Shown here in pieces: positions 47,948 through 56,801 of a DNA stretch of 64,000 bases. Each line of letters begins with the position of its first letter. Position 1 is the first letter of the stretch. Location of the stretch: contig JACQCQ010000009.1 in assembly GCA_016201505.1 (NCBI GenBank), positions 1,991-65,990 of the forward strand, in the 5' to 3' direction. The notes beneath the pieces are model-generated. The model saw only the letters and a program-made list of their open reading frames with translations, searched no databases and was not told where the DNA came from. The position numbers were made by a program, and so were the translations under genes. The DNA is from Candidatus Sungiibacteriota bacterium (GTDB taxonomy: Bacteria > Patescibacteriota > Minisyncoccia > Sungbacterales > JACQCQ01).

Positions 47948-48029
47948 TTGCGAAGGCCGCTGGTTCGATCCCAGCAGCGTCCATCGCTGGAAACACTCTG
48001 GCAAAACGCCGAAGAGACGAAATCAAAAA

Positions 48030-48095
48030 GAATGAATTGAAATTAGTCTCGTCTTAGACCTCATACCGATATTGTACTATAGGGTAATATAGGTA
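48030..48095 (-). pseudogene. Remnant copy of the promoter, dyad site and 5-prime end of the PaaX-like gene
   Basis: 40/46 nt identical to 38814-38859 by manual alignment. Confidence 0.75.
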
Positions 48096-48196
48096 TATTT
48101 CTATCCGCGCTCCAATTTCTGCCAACTGGCGGATCGCGAATCGATTCCGACTAAAAAAGAACGGCCCGCATGAACTTCATGGTTCATGCGGGTCTA

Positions 48197-48430
48197 TTAG
48201 GTCCCCGCTGCTTCTGCAAAAATCCAGACCTCGTCCTCCGAGCGCAGATCTTTCGGAAGCCGCGCCGGTATCCGGCCGCGATGGATAAAGTCGCACATCA
48301 GCCGATTGCCTTCGGCCCAGTTTGCTCCCAGCCCAGAGTGGTGGTACGGACAGAGCGCCTCCTCACCCTCCTCACCCTCCTCACTTCTCGTCGCGGTTAT
48401 TTCCGCGCCGCAGTAGCTACAGCGTGGCAT
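48197..48430 (-). CDS. Small putative Zn-binding hypothetical protein
   Basis: CSYC, CPYHH, CDFIH; AGGAGG SD. Confidence 0.55.
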   Translation of the reverse strand: MPRCSYCGAEITATRSEEGEEGEEALCPYHHSGLGANWAEGNRLMCDFIHRGRIPARLPKDLRSEDEVWIFAEAAGT

Positions 48431-48591
48431 AGGAAGGACCTCCTATCTTTTTTGTATTCTTCAATCTAAATCAGGTCAAGCTCGCGGGTAGAGGAAAACT
48501 TTTATAGTTGTTCATTTTGTCTCATAAGATTCTATAGGACATTATATAAAATCTAAAGGACATCAGAGACAGTCTCATAGATGTCCTTTAG

Positions 48592-49046
48592 ATGTAACAC
48601 GTAAAACTTTCTAGTAAAGGTCTGGGAACTTGAGCCTAAAGGCATCATGGAAAAATCGATATGAGGGGTTAGTAGCACTGGATTTGAATTGCTTGAACCA
48701 CCATTGGAATTGACGTTTTTTATAACCTGAAAGTTTTGGCCACAATAGAGGTATCACGATATTTTTAAGGCTGCCGATGTTTCGTACAATTAGCATCGCA
48801 TAATGGCGGCCTCCATGATGATATTCGTATACCTTTTCTGACGTTAGGCCAAGAGAGTCTCGTACATCCATAACAAGGTTATAATCCCGGATAGGCATTT
48901 TTAAGCAAAATACAGGCCGCTTATACCCGTCGCCAGCCATAGTCCAATAAAAAGTCCCTTCGCCCACTACGAGTCCAGCAACAAAATCCAAGCTCAAGGT
49001 TTCACGTGTTACGCCAATTTCAGTCATAAAGTTTTACGTGTTACAT
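48592..49046 (-). mobile_element. LAGLIDADG gene cassette bounded by perfect 19-bp inverted repeats
   Basis: ATGTAACACGTAAAACTTT (48592-48610) and AAAGTTTTACGTGTTACAT (49028-49046). Confidence 0.75.
48611..49027 (-). CDS. Single-motif LAGLIDADG endonuclease-like protein
   Basis: FVAGLVVGEGTF; IPL...L.G.K..QF..W. Confidence 0.85.
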   Translation of the reverse strand: MTEIGVTRETLSLDFVAGLVVGEGTFYWTMAGDGYKRPVFCLKMPIRDYNLVMDVRDSLGLTSEKVYEYHHGGRHYAMLIVRNIGSLKNIVIPLLWPKLSGYKKRQFQWWFKQFKSSATNPSYRFFHDAFRLKFPDLY

Positions 49047-49091
49047 TGAAAGTGTGTACGGGTACTACAATTATACAAGTTTCACAAAATA

Positions 49092-49481
49092 ATGTCATTA
49101 TCTAACGCTCAAATAGCCCAGGCTGGAGAGGACGCAGCCGCCGATCTGCTCAAACAGAAGGGCTACGCTATTATTACCAGAAACTATGATCTGCCGATGG
49201 GCGAGATTGATATTGTGGCCCAAAGGAGGGGGAAACTTCGGTTCATTGAGGTAAAAGCCAGCCTTGATACATATCGGGACGTTTTTAGCCCAGAGGAGCG
49301 GGTGGATAGGCGAAAGAGGCAAAGGTTGCAGGGACTTTGTGAACTGTACTGCCTGCGGGAGGGGATTAAGCCTGGAACTGACTGGCAGATTGATATCATA
49401 GGCGTAACACTCGACACGGAGGGGAAAACCCAGCATATTGAACATATCGAAAATGCAGTTTGGGACTATAGGGGGGTGTAA
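49092..49481 (+). CDS. yraN: YraN family (UPF0102) PD-(D/E)xK nuclease
   Basis: GE..AA..L...GY, GEIDIVA, FIEVK. Confidence 0.92.
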   Translation: MSLSNAQIAQAGEDAAADLLKQKGYAIITRNYDLPMGEIDIVAQRRGKLRFIEVKASLDTYRDVFSPEERVDRRKRQRLQGLCELYCLREGIKPGTDWQIDIIGVTLDTEGKTQHIEHIENAVWDYRGV

Positions 49482-49590
49482 ATCCAGATTAGGCTAGATG
49501 GTTTTGATTAAAATTTAGAAATGACCCGCCATAGCTCGGCTCGGCTGAATGGATTTCGCCCGCCGAAGCCGAGCTATGGCGAGGCGAAGG

Positions 49591-49661
49591 CGGGCTGTAG
49601 TATACCGGTAGTACGCGTGCTTTGGGAGCATGTAGACTGGGTTCAATTCCCAGCAGCCCGA
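49591..49661 (+). tRNA. tRNA-Pro(TGG)
   Basis: Cloverleaf; CGTGC-TTTGGGA-GCATG. Confidence 0.93.
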
Positions 49662-49814
49662 TTGTAAGGATTTCTAACGGGATGAAGGAGCACGTAGTCC
49701 AAGTTCTTCGCCAGCCGGCGGATCGATAGCCCAACTAGAAAAGTCTATAAAGTCTATCTATATAAGAATTTACCCCTGCGTCCTAGGAGGACGCAGGGGG
49801 CATTGGCCGTTGTT

Positions 49815-50592
49815 TCACTTCAGTATCTCTTCCAGTCGGCCGATGAGGTAGACAGCGCAGTTTGGGTTATATCCCGACTGATTAAACTCATCGACCATGC
49901 TCTTGATTTTCATGAGCTTGGTGTCTTCGGCTGGTTGGCGGTGCTTCCGGCGCCGGCTCCACCATAGGTGGTGGTAGCGCCTGAGGCGGCTCCTCAACCA
50001 CCAGCTCCCAGCGCTCGTTTCGCTTGACGCTCCTTGTGCGTCGAAAGCGACTGGGGTAGGCGGTGAGGACTCTGCCGATGGCCTGATGGGCATTCTCTGG
50101 CCAGCCCGCGAGCTTCAAGATCTCCGAGCGAGTTAGGGGTTTATCTGCCTCGCGCATGATGCGCTCGACGATCGGCAGCCGCTCCTCAACCCTCACAATC
50201 GACTTGGGTAGAGCTTCACTCATGGATTTCGTCTCCTCTTGGCAACTTAACCTCCACCGCTCGGCCTCGCTTTGATTCCATGCTTCCAAGTCCTCGCGTG
50301 TGCCCGGCGCGGCTCTTTGCAGCTGATCGGGCCTCTGCGCGAGCTGTGATTTAGCTGGTGCTCCGCTCGTGGGCTTGCCGCCTCGCTTTTCGGGGGGCCT
50401 TATCAGACCCTCTTCAAGCGCCATGCGGTTTGCTAGAACTTCATAGTTTCGGAAAGCCCTTGTGCCGCTAAGATTGCTCGGTACAGGCAGAACCTTATTT
50501 CCGATCTGCCATCGGCGGTGTTTCCTCCCTGGGGCGATCTCCTTCGCTCCCAGTGAGCGAAGGAACTTAAAGAAGTCCGATATCTCGCTCAC
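49815..50592 (-). CDS. Hypothetical protein with HicA-like N-terminus and wHTH-like region; probable frameshift near 49935
   Basis: AAGGAGGTG SD before GTG; GRKH motif; C-terminus appears to continue in ORF 49815..50093. Confidence 0.45.
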
Positions 50593-50726
50593 ACCACCCA
50601 CCTCCTTTCTTTTGCGGTAGGTATTAAGCTGTACAATTATGGCAATTTTTATCTTTTTATCAATAGAATTCGTAGAAGATTGCTTTTTCACTCTATTTCT
50701 TACAAAATATTTGAGTACTCAAAATT

Positions 50727-50797
50727 GCGGGTATCGTATAGTGGCAATACCACAGGTTTCCAACCTGTTGCCAGGGGTTCGATTCCCCTTACCCGCT
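50727..50797 (+). tRNA. tRNA-Gly(TCC)
   Basis: Cloverleaf; ACAGG-TTTCCAA-CCTGT. Confidence 0.95.
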
Positions 50798-51089
50798 CAA
50801 GTATTAGAAAAAGTAAGAGCTCTCGTAAGAGAGCTCTTACTTTTTCTGTTTGTGATAGTCGGGGAATCGCAGGGTATTTCAAAAACTAAATTGTTTATAT
50901 TTTAAAAACCCGGGCCTGGAAGAGCCGCGGAGCCTGCGCATTCTTACACGCGCGAAGCAGCGGAGGAGAGGATTCCTCTTACCCCATATTTTTTTATCTC
51001 TTCTTACTGACTGACCCGATTTCGGTCCTGCGATGTAGTCATCTGCAACTTTAGCGATACTCAACGCTTTTTTGTGCTATAATTCCTAC

Positions 51090-53129
51090 ATGTTCAGGAA
51101 AGTATCAGTCGGTATCGTTATTAGTTTTGCTTTGGCTACGCCTTTAATGAGTTGGGGACAAAACAATCCGCCAACTTCAAATTTGCAGGCACTCATAGAG
51201 CAACTTCAGACACAGATAAAAACTCTGCGGGGGCAGGTAGTATCACTTCAGGCACAGCTTGAAACCACCAAAAAAGAAGTGGCCGAGGTGAAAGAAGAAC
51301 TCAAAATCACTCGCTCACTTCAGAGAGGAGTAAGCGGCGATGAAGTAAAGAAACTTCAAGAATTCCTGAAGAAGTTCCCGGACATTTATCCGGAGGGATT
51401 AGTGACCGGTTACTTCGGCCCCCTGACTGAGGCGGCAGTGAAAAAACTGCAAGAGAAACAAGGCATAGAGGCTATTGGCATTGTCGGCCCAAAAACTGCC
51501 ATAAAGATCAACGAACTCCTGACTCAAGGTGCTGGCGCTTCGGGTATTGTCCCGCCCGGACTCACTACTGCCCCCGGAATTCAGCAGAAGTTGGGTGAAA
51601 CGACAACCACCATCCCACCGACAGCCACCACTACAACTTCAACTTCAACTTCTACTCCACCCACGGCAATCGCAACTACTACTCTCGCTGTTACCCCAAA
51701 CACAGGCAGTTCTGCTGTGCCGCCTCCGGTGACTGCTTCGCCGCCGACTACCACGAGCACTACTGCCACCACGTCTACCAACGCGACATCGGACACAACG
51801 TCTCCCTCTGTGCCCACCAATTTGAGCGCATCCGCTGTTTCAACCAGCCAGATAAATCTTTCGTGGCTTAACTCTACGGATAATGTTGGGGTATCGGGAT
51901 ACAAAATTTATCGAAGCGGCGCGCAAATAGCGACCGCCGTTGCATCTACGTCAGCCACAGCAACCGCCGCCTATTCAGATACCGGCCTCCAAGCTTCCAC
52001 TGCGTATACCTATGCCGTCGCTGCCTATGACGCAACGGGAAATAATAGTGCTCAGTCAGCGAGTGCGAGTGCGACAACGCAGTCGCCGCCACCTGCTTAC
52101 AATACACCCCCCGTCATCTCATCTGTTGCGGTGTCTTCGATTACCTCAAATTCAGCCATGATTAGCTGGATAACCGATGTACCCGCTACTGGATTTGTAA
52201 ACTATGGCACACCGACTATCGGGATAGTTACTCCAGAAAATACTTCCTATCTTACGTCACATTCTTTTACCATCTCAAACTTAGCGGCCAGCGCGCTTTA
52301 TAATTTTAGAGTTTATTCTCATAATGCGTATGGAGATCAAACCGATTTGGTCAGTGGCTATCCGCCCAATCGTACTTTCACAACTTTGAGCGGTCCTCCA
52401 TCTTGTTCAAGTATAAATGTAACCCTTAACGATGGTAAAACCACCTATATCAAAGGCGTAGATAATTTTGTGAATTATACTTGGACATGCGCTCCCGGTG
52501 GTTCAGCTGATGTAAATGTCGGGATTCAAAAACCGGGAGGCTGGATATCTCTTAATACAACCACGAATAGTCCAACACAAACTTTGTTTATTGATATTTC
52601 TAGTGATAGCTACCCGATAGGAACATACCGGTTAGAGGCCTGCTTCAATGTTTGCGGAAGTATTGTCGCCGGACAGACATTTAGTATTTCATCTCCGCCG
52701 GTCGACACCACACCGCCTGTCATTTCTTCACTTAGAGTGGATGTCGCTTATAGTTCTGCCATGGCCTCATGGACTGCCCTTCCTGTCTGGATTACAGATG
52801 AACCTTCTACATCACAGGTAGAGTTTGGATTAACATCTTCCTATGGCACTATAACCCCGCTTGATTCGTCCGGAGCCTTTCTGCGTACGGTGCATTCCAT
52901 TATTCTTTCCCCGGAATACGGATATAACCTCACCAGCAACACGACTTACCATTACAGAATGATATCAAAAGATGCTCAGTGGAATTCTGCTGTCAGCGGC
53001 GATTATACATTTACGACCGCCTCATCTACCACCTCTGCAGATTTTACTCATTCTAATTTAGCTTCTATTTTTGAATCTTTGCGATCTTTAGCCCTAATAC
53101 TTCAAAAACTTCAGAGCTTATTTCATTAG
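51090..53129 (+). CDS. Secreted peptidoglycan-binding plus fibronectin type III domain protein
   Basis: LQRG..G.EVKKLQ..GYFGPLT; Thr-rich linker; Fn3 W..STDNVGV.GY and WITD.P repeats. Confidence 0.85.
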   Translation: MFRKVSVGIVISFALATPLMSWGQNNPPTSNLQALIEQLQTQIKTLRGQVVSLQAQLETTKKEVAEVKEELKITRSLQRGVSGDEVKKLQEFLKKFPDIYPEGLVTGYFGPLTEAAVKKLQEKQGIEAIGIVGPKTAIKINELLTQGAGASGIVPPGLTTAPGIQQKLGETTTTIPPTATTTTSTSTSTPPTAIATTTLAVTPNTGSSAVPPPVTASPPTTTSTTATTSTNATSDTTSPSVPTNLSASAVSTSQINLSWLNSTDNVGVSGYKIYRSGAQIATAVASTSATATAAYSDTGLQASTAYTYAVAAYDATGNNSAQSASASATTQSPPPAYNTPPVISSVAVSSITSNSAMISWITDVPATGFVNYGTPTIGIVTPENTSYLTSHSFTISNLAASALYNFRVYSHNAYGDQTDLVSGYPPNRTFTTLSGPPSCSSINVTLNDGKTTYIKGVDNFVNYTWTCAPGGSADVNVGIQKPGGWISLNTTTNSPTQTLFIDISSDSYPIGTYRLEACFNVCGSIVAGQTFSISSPPVDTTPPVISSLRVDVAYSSAMASWTALPVWITDEPSTSQVEFGLTSSYGTITPLDSSGAFLRTVHSIILSPEYGYNLTSNTTYHYRMISKDAQWNSAVSGDYTFTTASSTTSADFTHSNLASIFESLRSLALILQKLQSLFH

Positions 53130-53324
53130 TCCTAAAGCCAAATGAAATATCAAAGACCAAGATGGAGGGTAGACGATGATGGGGCTACGCAAAATTCGGA
53201 ATTAGGCTTTATCTGTTAGACTGAAAATAGGTTCTCGCGTAATTCACTAACCCGCTCAAATTTCATTTAAATAATTTAAAATAGGAATCGGAGCGAGGCT
53301 CGCCCGTAGGGCGGCTCGTTCAAG

Positions 53325-53364
53325 AAAATCAAAATCCCGGATAAACTCCGGGATTTTGATTTTA
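53325..53364. terminator. Bidirectional terminator
   Basis: AAAATCAAAATCCCGGA...TCCGGGATTTTGATTTT. Confidence 0.75.
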
Positions 53365-53415
53365 GTAATTTATCTAACTGCTGGCTGTGAGGTTACCTGA
53401 CCGTTTGTAGTGAGC

Positions 53416-53688
53416 TTACCGAACTGCTTCTTTTAAAACTTTGCCGGCGCGGAATTTCGGCGTCGTGGTGGCTTTAATCTGAATCTTCTCGCCGGTGCGC
53501 GGATTGACACCCTGGCGTGCGGCCCGTTTCCTTACAATGAACGTGCCAAAACCCGAGATCGAAACTTCTTGGCCTTTTGAAAGTCCATTGGTGATGCTTC
53601 CAAATACTACTTCGACGGCCTCCTCGGCTGACTTTTTGGTGCCTTGGAGTTTTCCGTGCACCGCCTCAATAATGTCTGCTTTGTTCAT
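53416..53688 (-). CDS. hup: DNA-binding protein HU
   Basis: MNKADII, GFGTF, R..R.G.NPRTGE. Confidence 0.97.
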   Translation of the reverse strand: MNKADIIEAVHGKLQGTKKSAEEAVEVVFGSITNGLSKGQEVSISGFGTFIVRKRAARQGVNPRTGEKIQIKATTTPKFRAGKVLKEAVR

Positions 53689-53907
53689 GAGTATGTTTTT
53701 TCCTTGAAGTGTTCGACCTTTTTACCTAGTTGTGATCCTAATAATCCGGATGCATCCGAATGACCCGAAACAATCTGAAGTAACAAATTACTTCATCCAT
53801 CTCCATCGTATTTTTGGTCTGCGGAACATTCGCGAGCTATGCGGGATGTTCGGATCGGCACGTGAACTACTCAACTATTGTAGATGAGGCCGCGATTATT
53901 ACGCAAG

Positions 53908-54029
53908 GCCCGTTACTCGGTAGACTTTTAGAAAAAATATGTCGCTGTGATTAACTTTTTATTTTCGTGAGGACCGAGTAACGGGCCAAGCCCGCCTAAA
54001 TTTTGCTATATAAAACTTGGCCGGGCAAG
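53908..54029 (+). mobile_element. Two stacked hairpin elements, each ending in CAAG
   Basis: CAAG-GCCCGTTACTCGGT...ACCGAGTAACGGGC-CAAG-CCCGCCTAAA...TTGGCCGGG-CAAG. Confidence 0.7.
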
Positions 54030-54032
54030 GGC

Positions 54033-54845
54033 TTAGGTTTGGAGAATCGGTTGATTTAAAATTTGTCGCAGTCGGATTATTTCCGTACTTTTTCCAGTCG
54101 TTTCATCGATAGTGACGAGAATAGCATTGACCTCATAGGGCGGGGCTTCGGCAATGTCCGGCTTTACCTGTTCCTGCCGCACCAAGATACCAAGTCTCGG
54201 GTCAATGGCCTCGCCAATGATGGAATTATGTGGTCCGGTCATGCCAATGTCCGATATGCAGGCTGTTCCATAGGACAAAATGCGCTCATCAGCCGTAGCA
54301 ATATGGGTATGTGTCCCATAGACGCATGAAACTTTGCCGTTGAGCCACCAGCCCATAGCCATCTTTTCGGAGGTCGTATCGGCATGCCAATCAACGATGA
54401 TAATCTTAGTTTTTTGATTTTCGGAGTTCTCTGTTAAAACTTTTTCAATCGCGGCGTAGGGCGAATCATAATGGGTTCGCATGTGCGTTTGGGCTATCGC
54501 ATTGATAATTAAAATCTCTTGCCCCTTTTTTACGAGCCTCAAAAGTCCACGTCCTGGATGAGACGCGATAAAATTTATGGGGCGCGTGAGCGGAAGTTTT
54601 GGGTCATCGAGTAACTCACCCGCATTTTTTCCTTCGAGTGAATGATTGCCGCCAGTGATGACATCAACGCCGGCATCCAACATTTCGCGGACGGTGATTT
54701 CAGAAATGCCTTTGCCGTGTGAAAGATTTTCTCCGTTCGCCATTATTAAATCGGCAGAATATTCTTCTTTCCATTTCGGCGCGATATATTTGATGGCTTC
54801 TCTGCCCGGCCGCCCGAAAATGTCGCCGAAAATTAACAATTTCAT
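54033..54845 (-). CDS. ymdB: YmdB-family metallophosphoesterase
   Basis: GDIFGRPG, NGEN, TGGNH, GTHTH; downstream of rny. Confidence 0.93.
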   Translation of the reverse strand: MKLLIFGDIFGRPGREAIKYIAPKWKEEYSADLIMANGENLSHGKGISEITVREMLDAGVDVITGGNHSLEGKNAGELLDDPKLPLTRPINFIASHPGRGLLRLVKKGQEILIINAIAQTHMRTHYDSPYAAIEKVLTENSENQKTKIIIVDWHADTTSEKMAMGWWLNGKVSCVYGTHTHIATADERILSYGTACISDIGMTGPHNSIIGEAIDPRLGILVRQEQVKPDIAEAPPYEVNAILVTIDETTGKSTEIIRLRQILNQPILQT

Positions 54846-54966
54846 AGTTACAAATTCTAAATCAGAATATCGAAATCCGAAACAATATCAAAAATCAAAA
54901 TCAAAAAACTGGTGAAACGTTTAGATATCGGAATTTGTTTCTAGTTTCGTATTTCATGCTTCGGGT

Positions 54967-56502
54967 TTAGCGCGCGTATTCTATGACGCGGGTTTCCCGA
55001 ATAACGTTGACTTTGATTTCGCCGGGGTATTTGAGTTCTGACTCAACACGGCCGGCAATTTTTTGGGCGAGGTCGCGTGCCTCAAAATCGCTAACTTTTT
55101 CGGGCGTAACAAAGATACGTATCTCGCGGCCGGCCTGAATGGCGTATGATTTTTCCACGCCCTCAAATGAATTGGCGATGGCCTCAAGATCTTGCAGTCG
55201 TTTTAAATAATTCTCAACCGAGTCTCTGCGCGCCCCGGGGCGTCCGGCGGAAATCACATCAGCTACTTGGACCAGGATCGATTCCAGCGTTTCGTAGGGG
55301 TACTCTTCGTGATGCGATTGCATGGCCTGGATGATGTGCGGATCGGCGTTGAACTTTTGTAAAATGCGCCGCCCGATTTCAACGTGCGTGCCCTGCACTT
55401 CATGGTCGACAGCCTTTCCAATGTCATGAAGCAGGGCGCCTTTCTTGGCGACCACCACATCACCGCCCAATTCTTCGGCTAGCATGCCGGCCACATGCGC
55501 CATCTCAATTGAGTGGACCAGGACGTTTTGGCCGTATGAGGTGCGGAATTTAAGCCTGCCAAGGAGCGAAATGAGCCGCGGGTCGAGGTCAAAGATACCA
55601 ACTTCAAAGGCGGCCGTATCACCCGCGGCTTTAATCTGTTTTTCGATTTCCTGCCGCGCTTTATCCACGGCTTCTTCGATGCGGGCTGGCTGGATGCGGC
55701 CATCACTAATCAGGACTTCGAGCGCATTTTTGGCAATATGGCGGCGCACCGGATCAAAGGCCGAGATAACGATGGCTCCCGGCGTATCGTCAACAATAAT
55801 TTCAACCCCGGCCGCGCGCTCGAGCGCGCGGATGTTGCGACCCTCCCGCCCAATGATCTTGCCCTTAATTTCATCATTCGGAATCTGAACGGTGGTAGTT
55901 GTTACTTCCGAAACAGTCGGAGTCGATACCCGTTGAATAATCGTGGCGAGTATTTGTTTGGCGCGGCGCTCCAATTCATCCAGTCCCGTGGTTTCCAACT
56001 TGCGGATTCGCTGCATCAGGCTCTCACTGTGGTCTTTTTCAATTTTTTTGTTTAATTCTTCAAGCGCCACATCTTGCGAGAGTCCGGCGACGCGTTCCAA
56101 TTCCTTGCCAACTTTAGTTTTTGTTTCCTCAATTTCGGTCTTTATACTTTTTACCTTCTCAACATTTTTTTCGAGATCCTTTTCGCGCTCGTCAATTTCG
56201 AGCATCTTTCGATCGAGTAACGATTCACGGTTTTCGAGTCGGTCCTGGAGACGCTTAATTTCCTGCTCGCGATCTTTTTCTTCTTTTTTGGCTTCTTCTA
56301 AAATTTGAACCGCATTAGCTTTGGCTTCGATGAGTATTTCTTTGGCTTCGGTCTTCGCGTCTTCGATTAATTTTTGTGTGCGCTGTTCGAGTGAATTGAT
56401 GCGCTGCTTTGAAATCAACTGGCGGAGAATGTAGCCGAGACCCGCGCCCACCGCGATTAAAAGCACCGCACCGACGGATAACGTCAGGGTGATTGATTGC
56501 AT
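54967..56502 (-). CDS. rny: Ribonuclease Y
   Basis: TM plus coiled coil, KH (KGKIIGREGRNI), HD (LLHDIGK). Confidence 0.98.
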   Translation of the reverse strand: MQSITLTLSVGAVLLIAVGAGLGYILRQLISKQRINSLEQRTQKLIEDAKTEAKEILIEAKANAVQILEEAKKEEKDREQEIKRLQDRLENRESLLDRKMLEIDEREKDLEKNVEKVKSIKTEIEETKTKVGKELERVAGLSQDVALEELNKKIEKDHSESLMQRIRKLETTGLDELERRAKQILATIIQRVSTPTVSEVTTTTVQIPNDEIKGKIIGREGRNIRALERAAGVEIIVDDTPGAIVISAFDPVRRHIAKNALEVLISDGRIQPARIEEAVDKARQEIEKQIKAAGDTAAFEVGIFDLDPRLISLLGRLKFRTSYGQNVLVHSIEMAHVAGMLAEELGGDVVVAKKGALLHDIGKAVDHEVQGTHVEIGRRILQKFNADPHIIQAMQSHHEEYPYETLESILVQVADVISAGRPGARRDSVENYLKRLQDLEAIANSFEGVEKSYAIQAGREIRIFVTPEKVSDFEARDLAQKIAGRVESELKYPGEIKVNVIRETRVIEYAR

Positions 56503-56509
56503 ATAGCAT

Positions 56510-56675
56510 TGCAGGTCTCGACCTCTGCTGAGGTTTGGCGAATCGTTCGGAAAACTTAAGAAGGTCTCTTTCTAAAGAGGCAAAAGGCTGTCTTTAAACT
56601 GTTGCGAAATTTTTTTTCGACGAGACTCTTTCATTGAACGGTTGGCTTGTTTCAGCAGCGGGTTCGAGTGCCCGC
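56510..56675 (-). ncRNA. ssrS: Probable 6S RNA
   Basis: Long rod: CTCGAACCCGCTGCTGA pairs with TCAGCAGAGGTCGAG, internal bubble, CGTTC/GAACG stem; ssrS-rny-ymdB synteny is known from other bacteria. Confidence 0.6.
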
Positions 56676-56801
56676 TGTTTTAAGTTCCAGATAGTTTAAT
56701 ATGAACGTGGTGCGAGTATACTGCAAACATATACAATCGTCAACGATTTTAGGTTTTAGCTATTCGTTTATGAGCCTAGAATGATAGAATTAAGCTATGA
56801 A

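Larger units (their letters stand above)
47798..47983 (+). pseudogene. Interrupted tRNA (Val-like) split in the anticodon loop
   Basis: GGACACT..TCGCA-TTCA and TGCGA..GCTGG-TTCGATC-CCAGC-AGCGTCC-A halves pair with one acceptor mismatch. Confidence 0.85.
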
